This document shows, piece after piece, positions 9,772 to 18,359 of a stretch of 39,495 bases of DNA (its first letter is position 1; the number at the start of each line of letters is the position of its first letter). The position numbers were made by a program, and so were the translations under genes. The notes beneath the pieces were generated by a model. That model made no database searches. It was given only the letters and a program-made list of their open reading frames with translations, and was not told the DNA's origin. This DNA comes from Steroidobacteraceae bacterium (GTDB lineage: Bacteria > Pseudomonadota > Gammaproteobacteria > Steroidobacterales > Steroidobacteraceae), in contig DASTTJ010000109.1 of assembly GCA_035760205.1 (NCBI GenBank), forward strand, positions 1 to 39,495, written 5' to 3'.

Positions 9772-10026
9772 CTATCCGCGGGCCCGAAATTCGTCGGGCG
9801 TCAGCGCCTCGATCGACAGGGCATGGATTTCGCGGCCCATGAGCCCGCCCAAGGCCTTGTACACCAGCTGGTGGCGGGCAATGGGCCGCAGACCCGCGAA
9901 CTGTGCCGCAACGATCTGCGAGGCGAAATGTGTGTTGTCGTCGGATTCCACCCGTACCGCGGCGCCCGGCAAACCGGCGCGGATGAGGTCGGCGATGCGA
10001 TCGGGGGTCATGACACTCGAGTTCAT
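9772..10026 (-). CDS. ibaG: BolA-family protein (IbaG/YrbA-like)
   Basis: 84 aa with the BolA-like pattern ...HRLVYKAL...IHALSI.... Directly upstream of murA, as in E. coli and Pseudomonas. Confidence 0.85.
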   Translation of the reverse strand: MNSSVMTPDRIADLIRAGLPGAAVRVESDDNTHFASQIVAAQFAGLRPIARHQLVYKALGGLMGREIHALSIEALTPDEFRARG

Positions 10027-10055
10027 CGCGGTATCTTAAGCGTTATGATCGACGC

Positions 10056-11042
10056 ATGAATGCCCAGCTCAAGACCAATCCGGCCACGCTGATCGCCGCC
10101 GGACGCCGGGCTCTCGAGATCGAGGGCCGGGCCATCGGGGCGCTGGTGCCGCGGCTCGATGCGAGTTTCGCGCGGGCCTGCGACATCTGCCTCGAATGCC
10201 ACGGCCGGGTCATCGTCACGGGCATGGGCAAATCCGGCCACGTGGCGGGAAAAATCGCGGCCACGCTCGCCTCCACCGGCACACCATCCTTCTTCATGCA
10301 CGCCGCCGAGGCCAGCCACGGCGACATCGGCATGATCACGCGCGAAGACGTGCTGCTGGCCATCTCCCACTCCGGCGAGACGGGCGAAGTATTGTTGATG
10401 ATTCCGCACCTTTCACGGCTCGGGGTCCCCATCATTTCCATGACCGGCAATCCAACGTCCTCGCTGGCGCGTGCCTCGACCGTACATCTCGATGTCAGCG
10501 TTGCCGAGGAAGCCTGCCCGCTCAATCTCGCACCCACGGCCAGCACCACCGCCACGCTGGCCATCGGCGACGCGCTGGCCGTCGCCATGCTCGAAGCCCG
10601 CGGTTTCACGCCGCAGGATTTCGCGCGCTCGCATCCGGGCGGCGCGCTTGGCCGCAAGCTGCTGCTGCACGTCGGCGACGTCATGCGCACCGGTGACGAA
10701 ATGCCGGTCGTCAGTCCCACGGTATCGCTGGCGGAGGGCCTGGTGGTCATGTCAAAGAAAGGCCTGGGCATGTGCGCCGTCGTCGACGCTGGCCAGTTGC
10801 TGGGTGTGTTCACCGACGGTGACCTGCGCCGCGTGCTCGATCGCGAGTTCAACGTGCACAAGACCACGATGCGCGAAGTCATGACCTCTCCCGGCAAGCG
10901 AATCACCGCCACCGAACTCGCTGCCGAAGCGGCCCATCTCATGGAGAAACACCGCATTACCGCGCTGCCCGTGGTCGATGCACAGGGCGCCCTGATTGGC
11001 GCCCTCAACGTGCACGATCTGCTGCGCGCCGGGGTGCTGTGA
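10056..11042 (+). CDS. kdsD: arabinose-5-phosphate isomerase (SIS + tandem CBS)
   Basis: 328 aa. SIS motif VTGMGKSGHV, C-terminal CBS pair. Followed by kdsC-lptCAB. Confidence 0.95.
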   Translation: MNAQLKTNPATLIAAGRRALEIEGRAIGALVPRLDASFARACDICLECHGRVIVTGMGKSGHVAGKIAATLASTGTPSFFMHAAEASHGDIGMITREDVLLAISHSGETGEVLLMIPHLSRLGVPIISMTGNPTSSLARASTVHLDVSVAEEACPLNLAPTASTTATLAIGDALAVAMLEARGFTPQDFARSHPGGALGRKLLLHVGDVMRTGDEMPVVSPTVSLAEGLVVMSKKGLGMCAVVDAGQLLGVFTDGDLRRVLDREFNVHKTTMREVMTSPGKRITATELAAEAAHLMEKHRITALPVVDAQGALIGALNVHDLLRAGVL

Positions 11043-11548
11043 GCGAGGCGGCCCCGTATCAGGCAGCGCTCGCGCGCGTGCGGCTGCTGGTCCTCGACGT
11101 AGACGGAGTGCTCACCGACGGGCGCCTGTTCTATGGCCCGAAAGGCGAACTGCTCAAGGCCTTTCACGTGCGTGACGGCTACGGCATCAAGCGGGTCGCC
11201 GCCGCCGGCATCACTGTCGCCATACTTTCGGGTCGCAAGTCCGCTGCGGTTGCGCGGCGCGCGAAAGAATTGGGAATCCGCCACGTCATCCAGGGAGCGG
11301 ACGACAAGCTGAGTGCGCTGCGCAAACTCGCCAAGACCCGTCGCCTGTCGCTGGAAGAATGTGCCTGCGTGGGTGACGACACGCCGGACGCGCCGATTCT
11401 CGCTGCCGCGGGTGTCGGCATTGCGGTGGCCGATGCCCATCCGGATGCGCTTGCGGCCGCGGACCTGGTCACGACGCGCCCAGGTGGTCACGGCGCGGTC
11501 CGTGAGGTGTGCGACTGGTTGTTCGCGGTACGCAAGGCTTCGGCATGA
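11039..11548 (+). CDS. kdsC: 3-deoxy-D-manno-octulosonate 8-phosphate phosphatase
   Basis: 169 aa HAD-IIIA (LLVLDVDGVLTDG, GDD). 4-nt overlap with the kdsD stop. Confidence 0.9.
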   Translation: MSEAAPYQAALARVRLLVLDVDGVLTDGRLFYGPKGELLKAFHVRDGYGIKRVAAAGITVAILSGRKSAAVARRAKELGIRHVIQGADDKLSALRKLAKTRRLSLEECACVGDDTPDAPILAAAGVGIAVADAHPDALAAADLVTTRPGGHGAVREVCDWLFAVRKASA

Positions 11549-12159
11549 AGGGCCTGTCACGCCCGCTCGCCTACGCGGCGGTGCTCCTGGTAATAGGCGT
11601 GGCTTACTACCTCGGACGCGGCGGAGGTGATGGCAGCGGTTCCGATCTCGCCGGCACAATGACTCCCGATCCCGGGTACTCAGCCCGCGATGCGGTGATC
11701 ATCGAAACCGGCTACGACGGCCGTGAACGCTACCGCCTCAATGCCCGAGTCATTCGCCAGCAGACGGACTCCGGGGTCATCGAACTCGAGCATCTGTCCA
11801 TGGACTACCACCCTGACGCGCAGGACATGTTGCCGGGAGAGTCGGCGCCCGCCGTCACGGCATCAGGAGAGGTCTGGCATCTGTCCTCCGATCGAGGCGA
11901 GATGCGAGTCGACGGCGATGATGTCGAATTGAATGGCAACGTGCGCGTGACCGGTCCGTCGTCCGACGGCGGCGAGCCGCTGTCGTTGAGCACCGAAAGC
12001 CTGCGTATCAGCCCGCCCACGAAGTACATCGAGACCAGCGCACCGGTCCGGCTCCGCTGGTCGGGGCATTGGCTTGACGCGCGCGGCCTCCAGGCCGACT
12101 TGAAGGCGGGCACGCTGCGTCTAGAATCGGACGTCAATGGCCACTTCTCGCCGAAATAA
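11545..12159 (+). CDS. lptC: LPS export protein LptC
   Basis: ATG at 11545 overlaps the kdsC TGA (ATGA). N-terminal anchor MKGLSRPLAYAAVLLVIGVAYYL followed by a beta-rich OstA-like body. Conserved position between kdsC and lptA. The track's 11509 start is an extension. Confidence 0.75.
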   Translation: MKGLSRPLAYAAVLLVIGVAYYLGRGGGDGSGSDLAGTMTPDPGYSARDAVIIETGYDGRERYRLNARVIRQQTDSGVIELEHLSMDYHPDAQDMLPGESAPAVTASGEVWHLSSDRGEMRVDGDDVELNGNVRVTGPSSDGGEPLSLSTESLRISPPTKYIETSAPVRLRWSGHWLDARGLQADLKAGTLRLESDVNGHFSPK

Positions 12160-12787
12160 CCTTTTCGTAGTCCCGGGCACCCTGTTCGCCACTGGGTTGT
12201 TAGGCATGGCACACGGCGCGCCAGCGCCGTGCGACGAGGAGATCGTGGTCGAAAACAAATCCCTCGACATGGATTACCGCAACAACAACGCGGTGCTTCG
12301 AGACGTGGTGATCACGCAATGCGACGTGCGCATACAGGCCGCCGAGGCGCGCGTCAGCGGCGGACTCAATTTCAAGAACAGCCGCTGGACCATCTCCGGC
12401 GACGTGCGCATCAACTCCGAAGGCGGCAGCCTGCGTTCCGACAAAGCCATCGTCTCGTTCGCTGACAATCTCATTTCGCGCGCAACCATTACCGGCGCAC
12501 CCGCCGAGTTCGAACAGCTGCGCGACGACGGCACCACCGCGCGCGGCAAGGCCAACACCATCGACTACGAAACCACCAGCGGCTCGGTGAGCTTCACCAC
12601 CGGCGCGTGGTTGTCCTACGGCCGCAATGAAATCACCGGTCAGCAGCTCGTCTACAACATCCGCACGCAGAGCGTGCAGGGACAATCCCGGACGGGCGGC
12701 GGCAGTGGCGACGGCCGCGTGCGCATCGTGATCCAGCCGGACAAGCCGATCACCATGCCGGACAACGAAAAAGAGAAAAAACCGTGA
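12137..12787 (+). CDS. lptA: LPS transport periplasmic protein LptA
   Basis: 216 aa with a signal peptide (...LLGMAHG/AP) and OstA-like beta-jellyroll sequence. Position between lptC and lptB. Confidence 0.8.
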   Translation: MATSRRNNLFVVPGTLFATGLLGMAHGAPAPCDEEIVVENKSLDMDYRNNNAVLRDVVITQCDVRIQAAEARVSGGLNFKNSRWTISGDVRINSEGGSLRSDKAIVSFADNLISRATITGAPAEFEQLRDDGTTARGKANTIDYETTSGSVSFTTGAWLSYGRNEITGQQLVYNIRTQSVQGQSRTGGGSGDGRVRIVIQPDKPITMPDNEKEKKP

Positions 12788-13506
12788 GCGTGCTGCGGGC
12801 CACTCATCTCGCCAAGAGTTACAAAAAGCGCCAAGTGATTTCCGATCTCTCCGTCGAAGTGGAGAGCGGGCAGATCGTCGGGTTGTTAGGCCCCAATGGC
12901 GCCGGCAAGACCACCGCCTTCTACATGATCGTCGGCCTGGTGCCGCCCGATAGAGGCACCGTCACCATCGACGATCGCGACATCACGCATCTGTCGATGC
13001 ACCAGCGCGCGCACGCCGGCATTGGTTACCTGCCGCAGGAAGCCTCGGTGTTCCGCAAGTTGTCGGTCGAAGACAACGTCATGGCCATTCTCGAAACGCG
13101 CGACCTCGACGAAACCGCGCGCCAGGAGCGGCTCGAGCAGATCCTGGGCGAACTGCGCATCGCGCACGTGCGCAAGAGTCCCGGCATGGCGCTCTCGGGC
13201 GGCGAGCGCCGGCGCGTCGAAATAGCGCGCGCACTGGCCGCCGAGCCCCGTTTTGTACTGCTCGATGAACCATTTGCGGGCGTGGATCCGCTGTCGGTCA
13301 TCGACATCCAGCGAATCATGAACGAGCTCACCGCCAAGGGCATCGGTGTGCTCATTACCGACCATAATGTCAGAGAAACCTTAGGCGTTTGTCAGCGTGG
13401 TTACGTAGTTTCCGGGGGAACCGTGATGGCTTCGGGAACACCCGAAGAAATCCTTGCCAACCCCCAAGTCCGTGAGGTGTACTTGGGCCAGTCTTTCCGC
13501 ATGTAG
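12784..13506 (+). CDS. lptB: LPS export ABC transporter ATPase LptB
   Basis: 240 aa. Walker A GPNGAGKT, signature LSGGERRR, Walker [12 protein letters not shown] start overlaps the lptA TGA. Confidence 0.95.
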   Translation: MSVLRATHLAKSYKKRQVISDLSVEVESGQIVGLLGPNGAGKTTAFYMIVGLVPPDRGTVTIDDRDITHLSMHQRAHAGIGYLPQEASVFRKLSVEDNVMAILETRDLDETARQERLEQILGELRIAHVRKSPGMALSGGERRRVEIARALAAEPRFVLLDEPFAGVDPLSVIDIQRIMNELTAKGIGVLITDHNVRETLGVCQRGYVVSGGTVMASGTPEEILANPQVREVYLGQSFRM

Positions 13507-13570
13507 CGTTTCCAGGCACCGCGGAAAAATCTATTTCTTTCATAGCGTTGAGACACCCACGCCTGTGTCG

Positions 13571-15016
13571 ATGATGAAGCCATCACTGCAGCTGAAGCTG
13601 GGTCAGACGCTGACTATGACCCCGCAGCTGCAGCAGGCCATCCGCCTCCTGCAAATGCCTGCCCTGGAGCTGCAGGCGCACATCCGCGAGCAGCTCGAAA
13701 GCAACGTCATGCTCGAGCCCGTGGACGAATACGAAGCCACCGGCACATTCGACACACTCGAACCGCATCCGATGCCGGAAGAAAAGCGCGTCGATGCGCA
13801 GGCGGCACCCGAAGTCACGGTCGAAGCCGAAGTCATCGAAGACAACTGGAGCGAACGCAGCGCGGGCTCCGATTCCTGGCGCGATGACGACGAGCGCGCC
13901 GCCGAAGTCGCCGACGACGCGCAGCTCTCGCTGCAGGACCACCTCGTTGGCCAGCTCGAATACGCCAACCTCGAGCCGCGAGATCTGGCGATCGCACGCG
14001 CCATTGTCGATGCCATCAACGACGACGGCTATCTTTTCGACTCGCCTGTGGACATCGCCGCCACGCTGCTGCCCGAAGTCACTGCCGATGCGGACGACGT
14101 CGACCGCGTGCTGCGGCTCGTGCAGACGCTCGACCCGGCGGGTATCGCCGCGCGTTCACTCGGTGAATGCCTTGCGCTGCAACTGCGGACCCTGCATCCC
14201 GATACGCCGGGACTGCGCCTCGCACTCGCCATTGCCGACAAACATCTCGACAAGCTTGCCGACCGCGAACTCACTTCGCTGCGGCGTGAACTCGCCGCGT
14301 CAGATGACGAACTGGCGCAGGCCGTGGCGCTGGTGCGCGGGCTGCATCCGCGCCCGGGCGCCACTGTCAGCAGCGCCAAAGCCGAATACGTCGTGCCCGA
14401 TGTGTTCGTACGCCGCACCGATCGCGGCTGGACCGTCGAAGTGAACAGCTCCACGCTGCCGCGCGTGCGCCTCAATCAGAGCTACGCCGACATGCTCGGC
14501 CGCGGCGCTGGCCATTCCTCCATGCGCGCGCAACTTCAGGAAGCACGCTGGCTGCTCAAGAGCCTGGAAATCCGCAACGAAACCCTCATGAAAGTTGCAC
14601 GCAGCATCGTCGAGCGCCAGACCGCGTTCCTCGAGCACGGTGAGGAAAGCATGCGGCCCATGATTCTCAAGGACATCGCGCAGGCCATCGACATGCACGA
14701 GTCGACCATCTCGCGCGTCACGTCCAGCAAGTACATGCACACGCCGCGCGGTGTGTTCGAGCTCAAGTATTTTTTCTCGAGCCAGGTCGAGGCCGCCGAT
14801 GGCGGCGGCGCCTCCTCCACCGCAGTTCGCGCCAAGATCCGCAAACTCATCAAGGAAGAAGATTCCGGCAATCCGCTGTCCGACAGCCGGATCGCCGAGC
14901 TGCTCTCCGGTGAAGGCATCGCGGTCGCGCGCCGCACGGTCGCAAAATATCGCGAGGCATTGGGGCTCGCCCCGTCGAACGAACGCAAGGCCAAAGCCGC
15001 CCAAGCCAATAGATAG
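13571..15016 (+). CDS. rpoN: RNA polymerase sigma-54 factor
   Basis: Region I MMKPSLQLKLGQTLTMTPQLQQAIRLLQ begins at 13571/13574. C-terminal RpoN box ARRTVAKYR. The track start at 13454 is an upstream extension. Confidence 0.97.
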   Translation: MMKPSLQLKLGQTLTMTPQLQQAIRLLQMPALELQAHIREQLESNVMLEPVDEYEATGTFDTLEPHPMPEEKRVDAQAAPEVTVEAEVIEDNWSERSAGSDSWRDDDERAAEVADDAQLSLQDHLVGQLEYANLEPRDLAIARAIVDAINDDGYLFDSPVDIAATLLPEVTADADDVDRVLRLVQTLDPAGIAARSLGECLALQLRTLHPDTPGLRLALAIADKHLDKLADRELTSLRRELAASDDELAQAVALVRGLHPRPGATVSSAKAEYVVPDVFVRRTDRGWTVEVNSSTLPRVRLNQSYADMLGRGAGHSSMRAQLQEARWLLKSLEIRNETLMKVARSIVERQTAFLEHGEESMRPMILKDIAQAIDMHESTISRVTSSKYMHTPRGVFELKYFFSSQVEAADGGGASSTAVRAKIRKLIKEEDSGNPLSDSRIAELLSGEGIAVARRTVAKYREALGLAPSNERKAKAAQANR

Positions 15017-15031
15017 ATACATAGATAGATA
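15009..15031. repeat. tandem 11-bp AT-rich direct repeat ATAGATAGATA-C-ATAGATAGATA overlapping the rpoN stop
   Basis: Read directly. The repeat places TAG in all three plus-strand frames and is a striking AT-rich island in GC-rich DNA, 22 nt before the hpf ATG. Confidence 0.6.
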
Positions 15032-15052
15032 GGCCAAAAAAGGAGACGAATC

Positions 15053-15373
15053 ATGCAATTGTCGCTTTCCGGTCACCATGTCGAAGTCACACCGTCGATG
15101 CGCTCATACGTCGAGAGGAAGTTCGAGCGCATTTCCCGTCATTTCGACCACGTAATCGACGTGCATTGCGTCCTGACGGTTGAGAAGCTCCGACAAAAGG
15201 CCGAAGCCACATTGCATGTGCGCGGCAACGCCATTCATGCCGACGCCACCGAGGAAAACATGTACACCGCCATCGACCTGCTGGCCGACAAACTCGACCG
15301 GCGCGTGCTCAAGCACAAGGAAATGAAGGCCGACAAACACGCCGCAGAAGCGCGCAAGACCACGGGCAAGTAG
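15053..15373 (+). CDS. hpf: ribosome hibernation promoting factor (short HPF/YfiA family)
   Basis: 106 aa (MQLSLSGHHVEVTPSMRSYVERKFERI...). AAGGAG SD. Canonical position after rpoN. Confidence 0.9.
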   Translation: MQLSLSGHHVEVTPSMRSYVERKFERISRHFDHVIDVHCVLTVEKLRQKAEATLHVRGNAIHADATEENMYTAIDLLADKLDRRVLKHKEMKADKHAAEARKTTGK

Positions 15374-15388
15374 GGTCACGCGTCGTCA

Positions 15389-16303
15389 ATGAGGCTCATC
15401 CTCGTCAGCGGGCTGTCGGGATCCGGCAAGAGCGTGGCTTTGCACATGCTCGAAGACGCCGGGTTCTACTGCGTGGACAACATCCCGGCGGCCCTGCTGA
15501 AACCCTTCATCTCCCACACTTTGCGCAACAACGAAGCGCAATACTCGCGCGCCGCCGTGGGCGTCGACGCCCGTAACGCCGCCGCGGAAATCGAAACCGT
15601 TCCGCCGCTGATCGATGAACTGAAAAAGAGCGGAATCCAGTGCGAGATCATCTTCCTGCTCTCGAACGATGACGAACTTCTGCGGCGTTTCTCCGAGACG
15701 CGCCGCAAACACCCCATCAGCACCGACCATGTGTCGCTCAAGGAAGCCATCGCCATCGAGCGCCGGCTGCTCGAGCCAATTCTGAACGCCGCAGACCTCG
15801 TCATCGACACCTCGCGCATGGGCGTTCATGACCTGCGCGAACTCATCAGCCAGCGCGTCGAAAAACGCAGCACCGGCCGCTTGTCCCTGCTCATCGAGTC
15901 CTTCGGGTTCAAGAATGGCATTCCGGGCGACGCGGACTTCGTGTTCGACGCGCGCTCGCTGCCCAACCCCTATTGGGATCCTTCGCTGCGCGCCCTCACC
16001 GGCCGCGACCCGGACGTCATCCGTTTTCTCGAGGCGCAGCGAAGCGTGCCGCGCCTGGCCGAAGACATCCTGCAGTTCGTGGCAGCGCGAATCCCCGAAC
16101 ACCAGGCGGCCAACCGCCGCTACCTCACCATCGCCATCGGCTGCACCGGTGGGCGTCACCGCTCGGTCTATCTGGCCGAACGCATCGCCGAGCGGCTCTC
16201 GCACAGCTATCCAGTCATCGCCATCCGCCACAACTCTCTCGGCGAAACGCGTTCCATCACGCGCGCCCCCACTCTCGCCGGGGCCTCCACCTCCGTCGCC
16301 TAA
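15389..16303 (+). CDS. rapZ: RNase adapter protein RapZ (YhbJ)
   Basis: 304 aa. Walker A GLSGSGKS, C-terminal IAIGCTGGRHRSV motif. Confidence 0.95.
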   Translation: MRLILVSGLSGSGKSVALHMLEDAGFYCVDNIPAALLKPFISHTLRNNEAQYSRAAVGVDARNAAAEIETVPPLIDELKKSGIQCEIIFLLSNDDELLRRFSETRRKHPISTDHVSLKEAIAIERRLLEPILNAADLVIDTSRMGVHDLRELISQRVEKRSTGRLSLLIESFGFKNGIPGDADFVFDARSLPNPYWDPSLRALTGRDPDVIRFLEAQRSVPRLAEDILQFVAARIPEHQAANRRYLTIAIGCTGGRHRSVYLAERIAERLSHSYPVIAIRHNSLGETRSITRAPTLAGASTSVA

Positions 16304-16338
16304 ATGGGGACACTCCCCATTTGCTAGCAAATTGGGCC
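16302..16338. repeat. REP-like palindrome copy with conserved tail (AAATGGGGACACTCCCCATTT-GCTAGCAAATTGGGCC)
   Basis: 9-bp stem with a 3-nt loop, A-run and T-run flanks. Overlaps the rapZ TAA. Confidence 0.7.
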
Positions 16339-16358
16339 GCAGCTGGTGGGGATTAAGA

Positions 16359-16574
16359 GCGGCAGGCTGCGGATTGAATCGTCCAGGCGCTCGCGGGTTC
16401 GCGCCCTTCGGGTTCGCTCGCGGGAGGCGGGCGCGCCAGAGCTGTCAGCGTTCATGTAGGCGCAGTGCTAGCGCACTTCGGTGATGGGAAGCACTAAAAG
16501 GAGCTGCGCGCCAAGCGCCTCCCGCTCGCCGCTCACACGCTCGCGCCTGGACGATTCAATCCGCAGCCTGCCGC
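16359..16574. repeat. 216-bp element bounded by perfect 32-bp inverted repeats (MITE-like element or long structured RNA)
   Basis: 16359-16390 GCGGCAGGCTGCGGATTGAATCGTCCAGGCGC is the exact reverse complement of 16543-16574. The interior pairs partially (GCGGGAGGCG / CGCCTCCCGC). Confidence 0.75.
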
Positions 16575-16607
16575 GCGCACGTCGATAAGTTGCGGTTCCG
16601 CTGAAAG

Positions 16608-16630
16608 GAATTGGGGAGCGTGAGCCCCAC
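16608..16630. repeat. degenerate REP-like copy (GAATTGGGGAGCGTGAGCCCCAC)
   Basis: GGGGA-N6-GCCCC core with an AAT prefix, in the rapZ-mgtE intergenic region. Confidence 0.35.
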
Positions 16631-17000
16631 AGTGTGGGAAGACCTCCAAACCGTGCGTCTCTTCTCTTTTCACACCGGCGGGGAAACGGGGCGCGGTTCG
16701 ATGACGTTCGCGCCCAAGCGAGCGCACACGCGCAGGAGATGAGTGAGCGGGCCGGGTCATGCGGACTGACACTGTGCGAAGCCGCCTCTCCGCTTCATGC
16801 GGACTCTTCGCTGTCCTTTCGCCCACCCGCACCAGCACGTCTTCGTGCGAGGGCGGCGGCCTCAATCTCGCGCGGACCCAATGATCGAAAAACCCGGCTG
16901 TAGCGAAATCATCTCCTGCGCGTGGGCGCTCGCTGGGGCATGCATGCCCTCCCCAATCCGCATCCCCATTCCCCCGCAACCCATCTACACTCCCGCGCGA

Positions 17001-18359
17001 ATGTCCGAGAGCACCGTCATCCCCCGAAAAGAACGCCGCCTCGCCGCATTGCGCGGCGCGCTGCGCGAGGGTTCGTGGCGTGGCGCGGCCCGCATGATCG
17101 CCGCGATGCACCCGGCGGAGATCGCCCTCCTCATCGAATCTCTGCCGCCGGCGCAGCGCGAAGTGGTGTGGAATTTCGTCGAGCCCGAGATCGAAGGCGA
17201 CGTGCTCGTCGAACTCAACGAAACCGTGCGCCAGTCCTTCATCGAAGGAATGGATGCCGACGAATTGCTGGCCGCCGCCGAGAACATGGAGCTCGACGAT
17301 CTCGCCGACCTCGTGGGCGATCTGCCCGAGGCCGTCTCCCTGCAGCTCGTGAAGTCCATGGATCAGATGGACCGCGAGCGGCTGAAGACCGTGCTGGCCT
17401 TCGAGCCGGACACCGCGGGCGGCCTCATGAACACCGACACGGTGAGCGTGCGCTCGGACGTCACCGTCGAAGTGGTGCTGCGTTATCTGCGCATGCGCGG
17501 CGAGCTGCCAGACAAGACCGACAGGCTGTTCGTGGTCGACCGCAACGACCGGTTCATCGGCACGGTGGCCCTCACCCACCTGCTAACCGAAGACCCGGAA
17601 AAATCCATCGGTGACATCCTCGATTCCGAAGGTTCGCGAATCTCGCCCGATACCAACGCACACGATGTCGCGCAGTTGTTCCAGGATCGCGACCTCGTCT
17701 CCGCCGCCGTGGTCGATACCGAAGGCAAGTTGCTCGGGCGCATCACCGTCGACGACGTCGTCGACGTCATACGCGAGGAGGCCGCGCACGAAGTCATGTC
17801 GGCGGCGGGTCTCGAAGATGAGGAAGACGTCTTCGCGGGTATCATCCCCTCCACTCGCCGGCGCCTGGTGTGGCTGGGCATCAACCTGATCACCGCGTTC
17901 ATGGCGGCCGCGGTCGTCACCCGCTTCGAAGGCACCATCGAGAAAGTCGCAGCGCTGGCCGCACTCATGCCCATCGTCGCTTCCATGGGTGGCATCGCCG
18001 GTACCCAGACCGTGACGCTCATCATCCGCGGCATGGCTCTCGGACAGATCGAGTGGGTCAACGCGCGCTGGCTGTTGTGGAAAGAGATCGCGGTTGGCGG
18101 GCTCAACGGCATGATCTGGGCCGCCGTAGTCGGCGCCGTGACCATCGCCTGGTACGGCACGTGGAAAATCGCCGCCATCATCGCCGCCGCCACACTCATC
18201 AATCTTCTCAGCGCCGCGGCGGTGGGCGTCATCGTGCCGCTGTTGCTGCGACGCATGCGCATCGATCCGGCGTTGTCGGCGGGCGTGATCCTCACCACGT
18301 TCACCGATTGCATCGGCTTCGCTACGTTGTTAGGGCTCGGAGCGCTGTTCCTGACTTGA
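17001..18359 (+). CDS. mgtE: magnesium transporter MgtE
   Basis: 452 aa from ATG 17001 (MSESTVIPRK...). MgtE N-domain, CBS pair and C-terminal TM domain (PIVASMGGIAGTQ...). The track start at 16797 is an extension into the leader. Confidence 0.93.
   Translation: MSESTVIPRKERRLAALRGALREGSWRGAARMIAAMHPAEIALLIESLPPAQREVVWNFVEPEIEGDVLVELNETVRQSFIEGMDADELLAAAENMELDDLADLVGDLPEAVSLQLVKSMDQMDRERLKTVLAFEPDTAGGLMNTDTVSVRSDVTVEVVLRYLRMRGELPDKTDRLFVVDRNDRFIGTVALTHLLTEDPEKSIGDILDSEGSRISPDTNAHDVAQLFQDRDLVSAAVVDTEGKLLGRITVDDVVDVIREEAAHEVMSAAGLEDEEDVFAGIIPSTRRRLVWLGINLITAFMAAAVVTRFEGTIEKVAALAALMPIVASMGGIAGTQTVTLIIRGMALGQIEWVNARWLLWKEIAVGGLNGMIWAAVVGAVTIAWYGTWKIAAIIAAATLINLLSAAAVGVIVPLLLRRMRIDPALSAGVILTTFTDCIGFATLLGLGALFLT

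Noticed and set aside
13454-13570. Upstream extension of rpoN, and likewise 16797-17000 for mgtE, 19994-20275 for bcp, 36518-36562 for cpdA, 37123-37326 for TraB/GumN and 30015-30659 for NIPSNAP
   Set aside because: The extensions overlap neighbouring genes or leaders and add non-homologous residues. The canonical N-termini begin at internal ATGs, several with SD sequences or ATGA coupling.
16575-17000. M-box (Mg2+) riboswitch in the mgtE leader
   Set aside because: I could not recognise the conserved M-box core by eye, and that riboswitch is mainly found in Firmicutes. This is left as an open leader observation, not a call.
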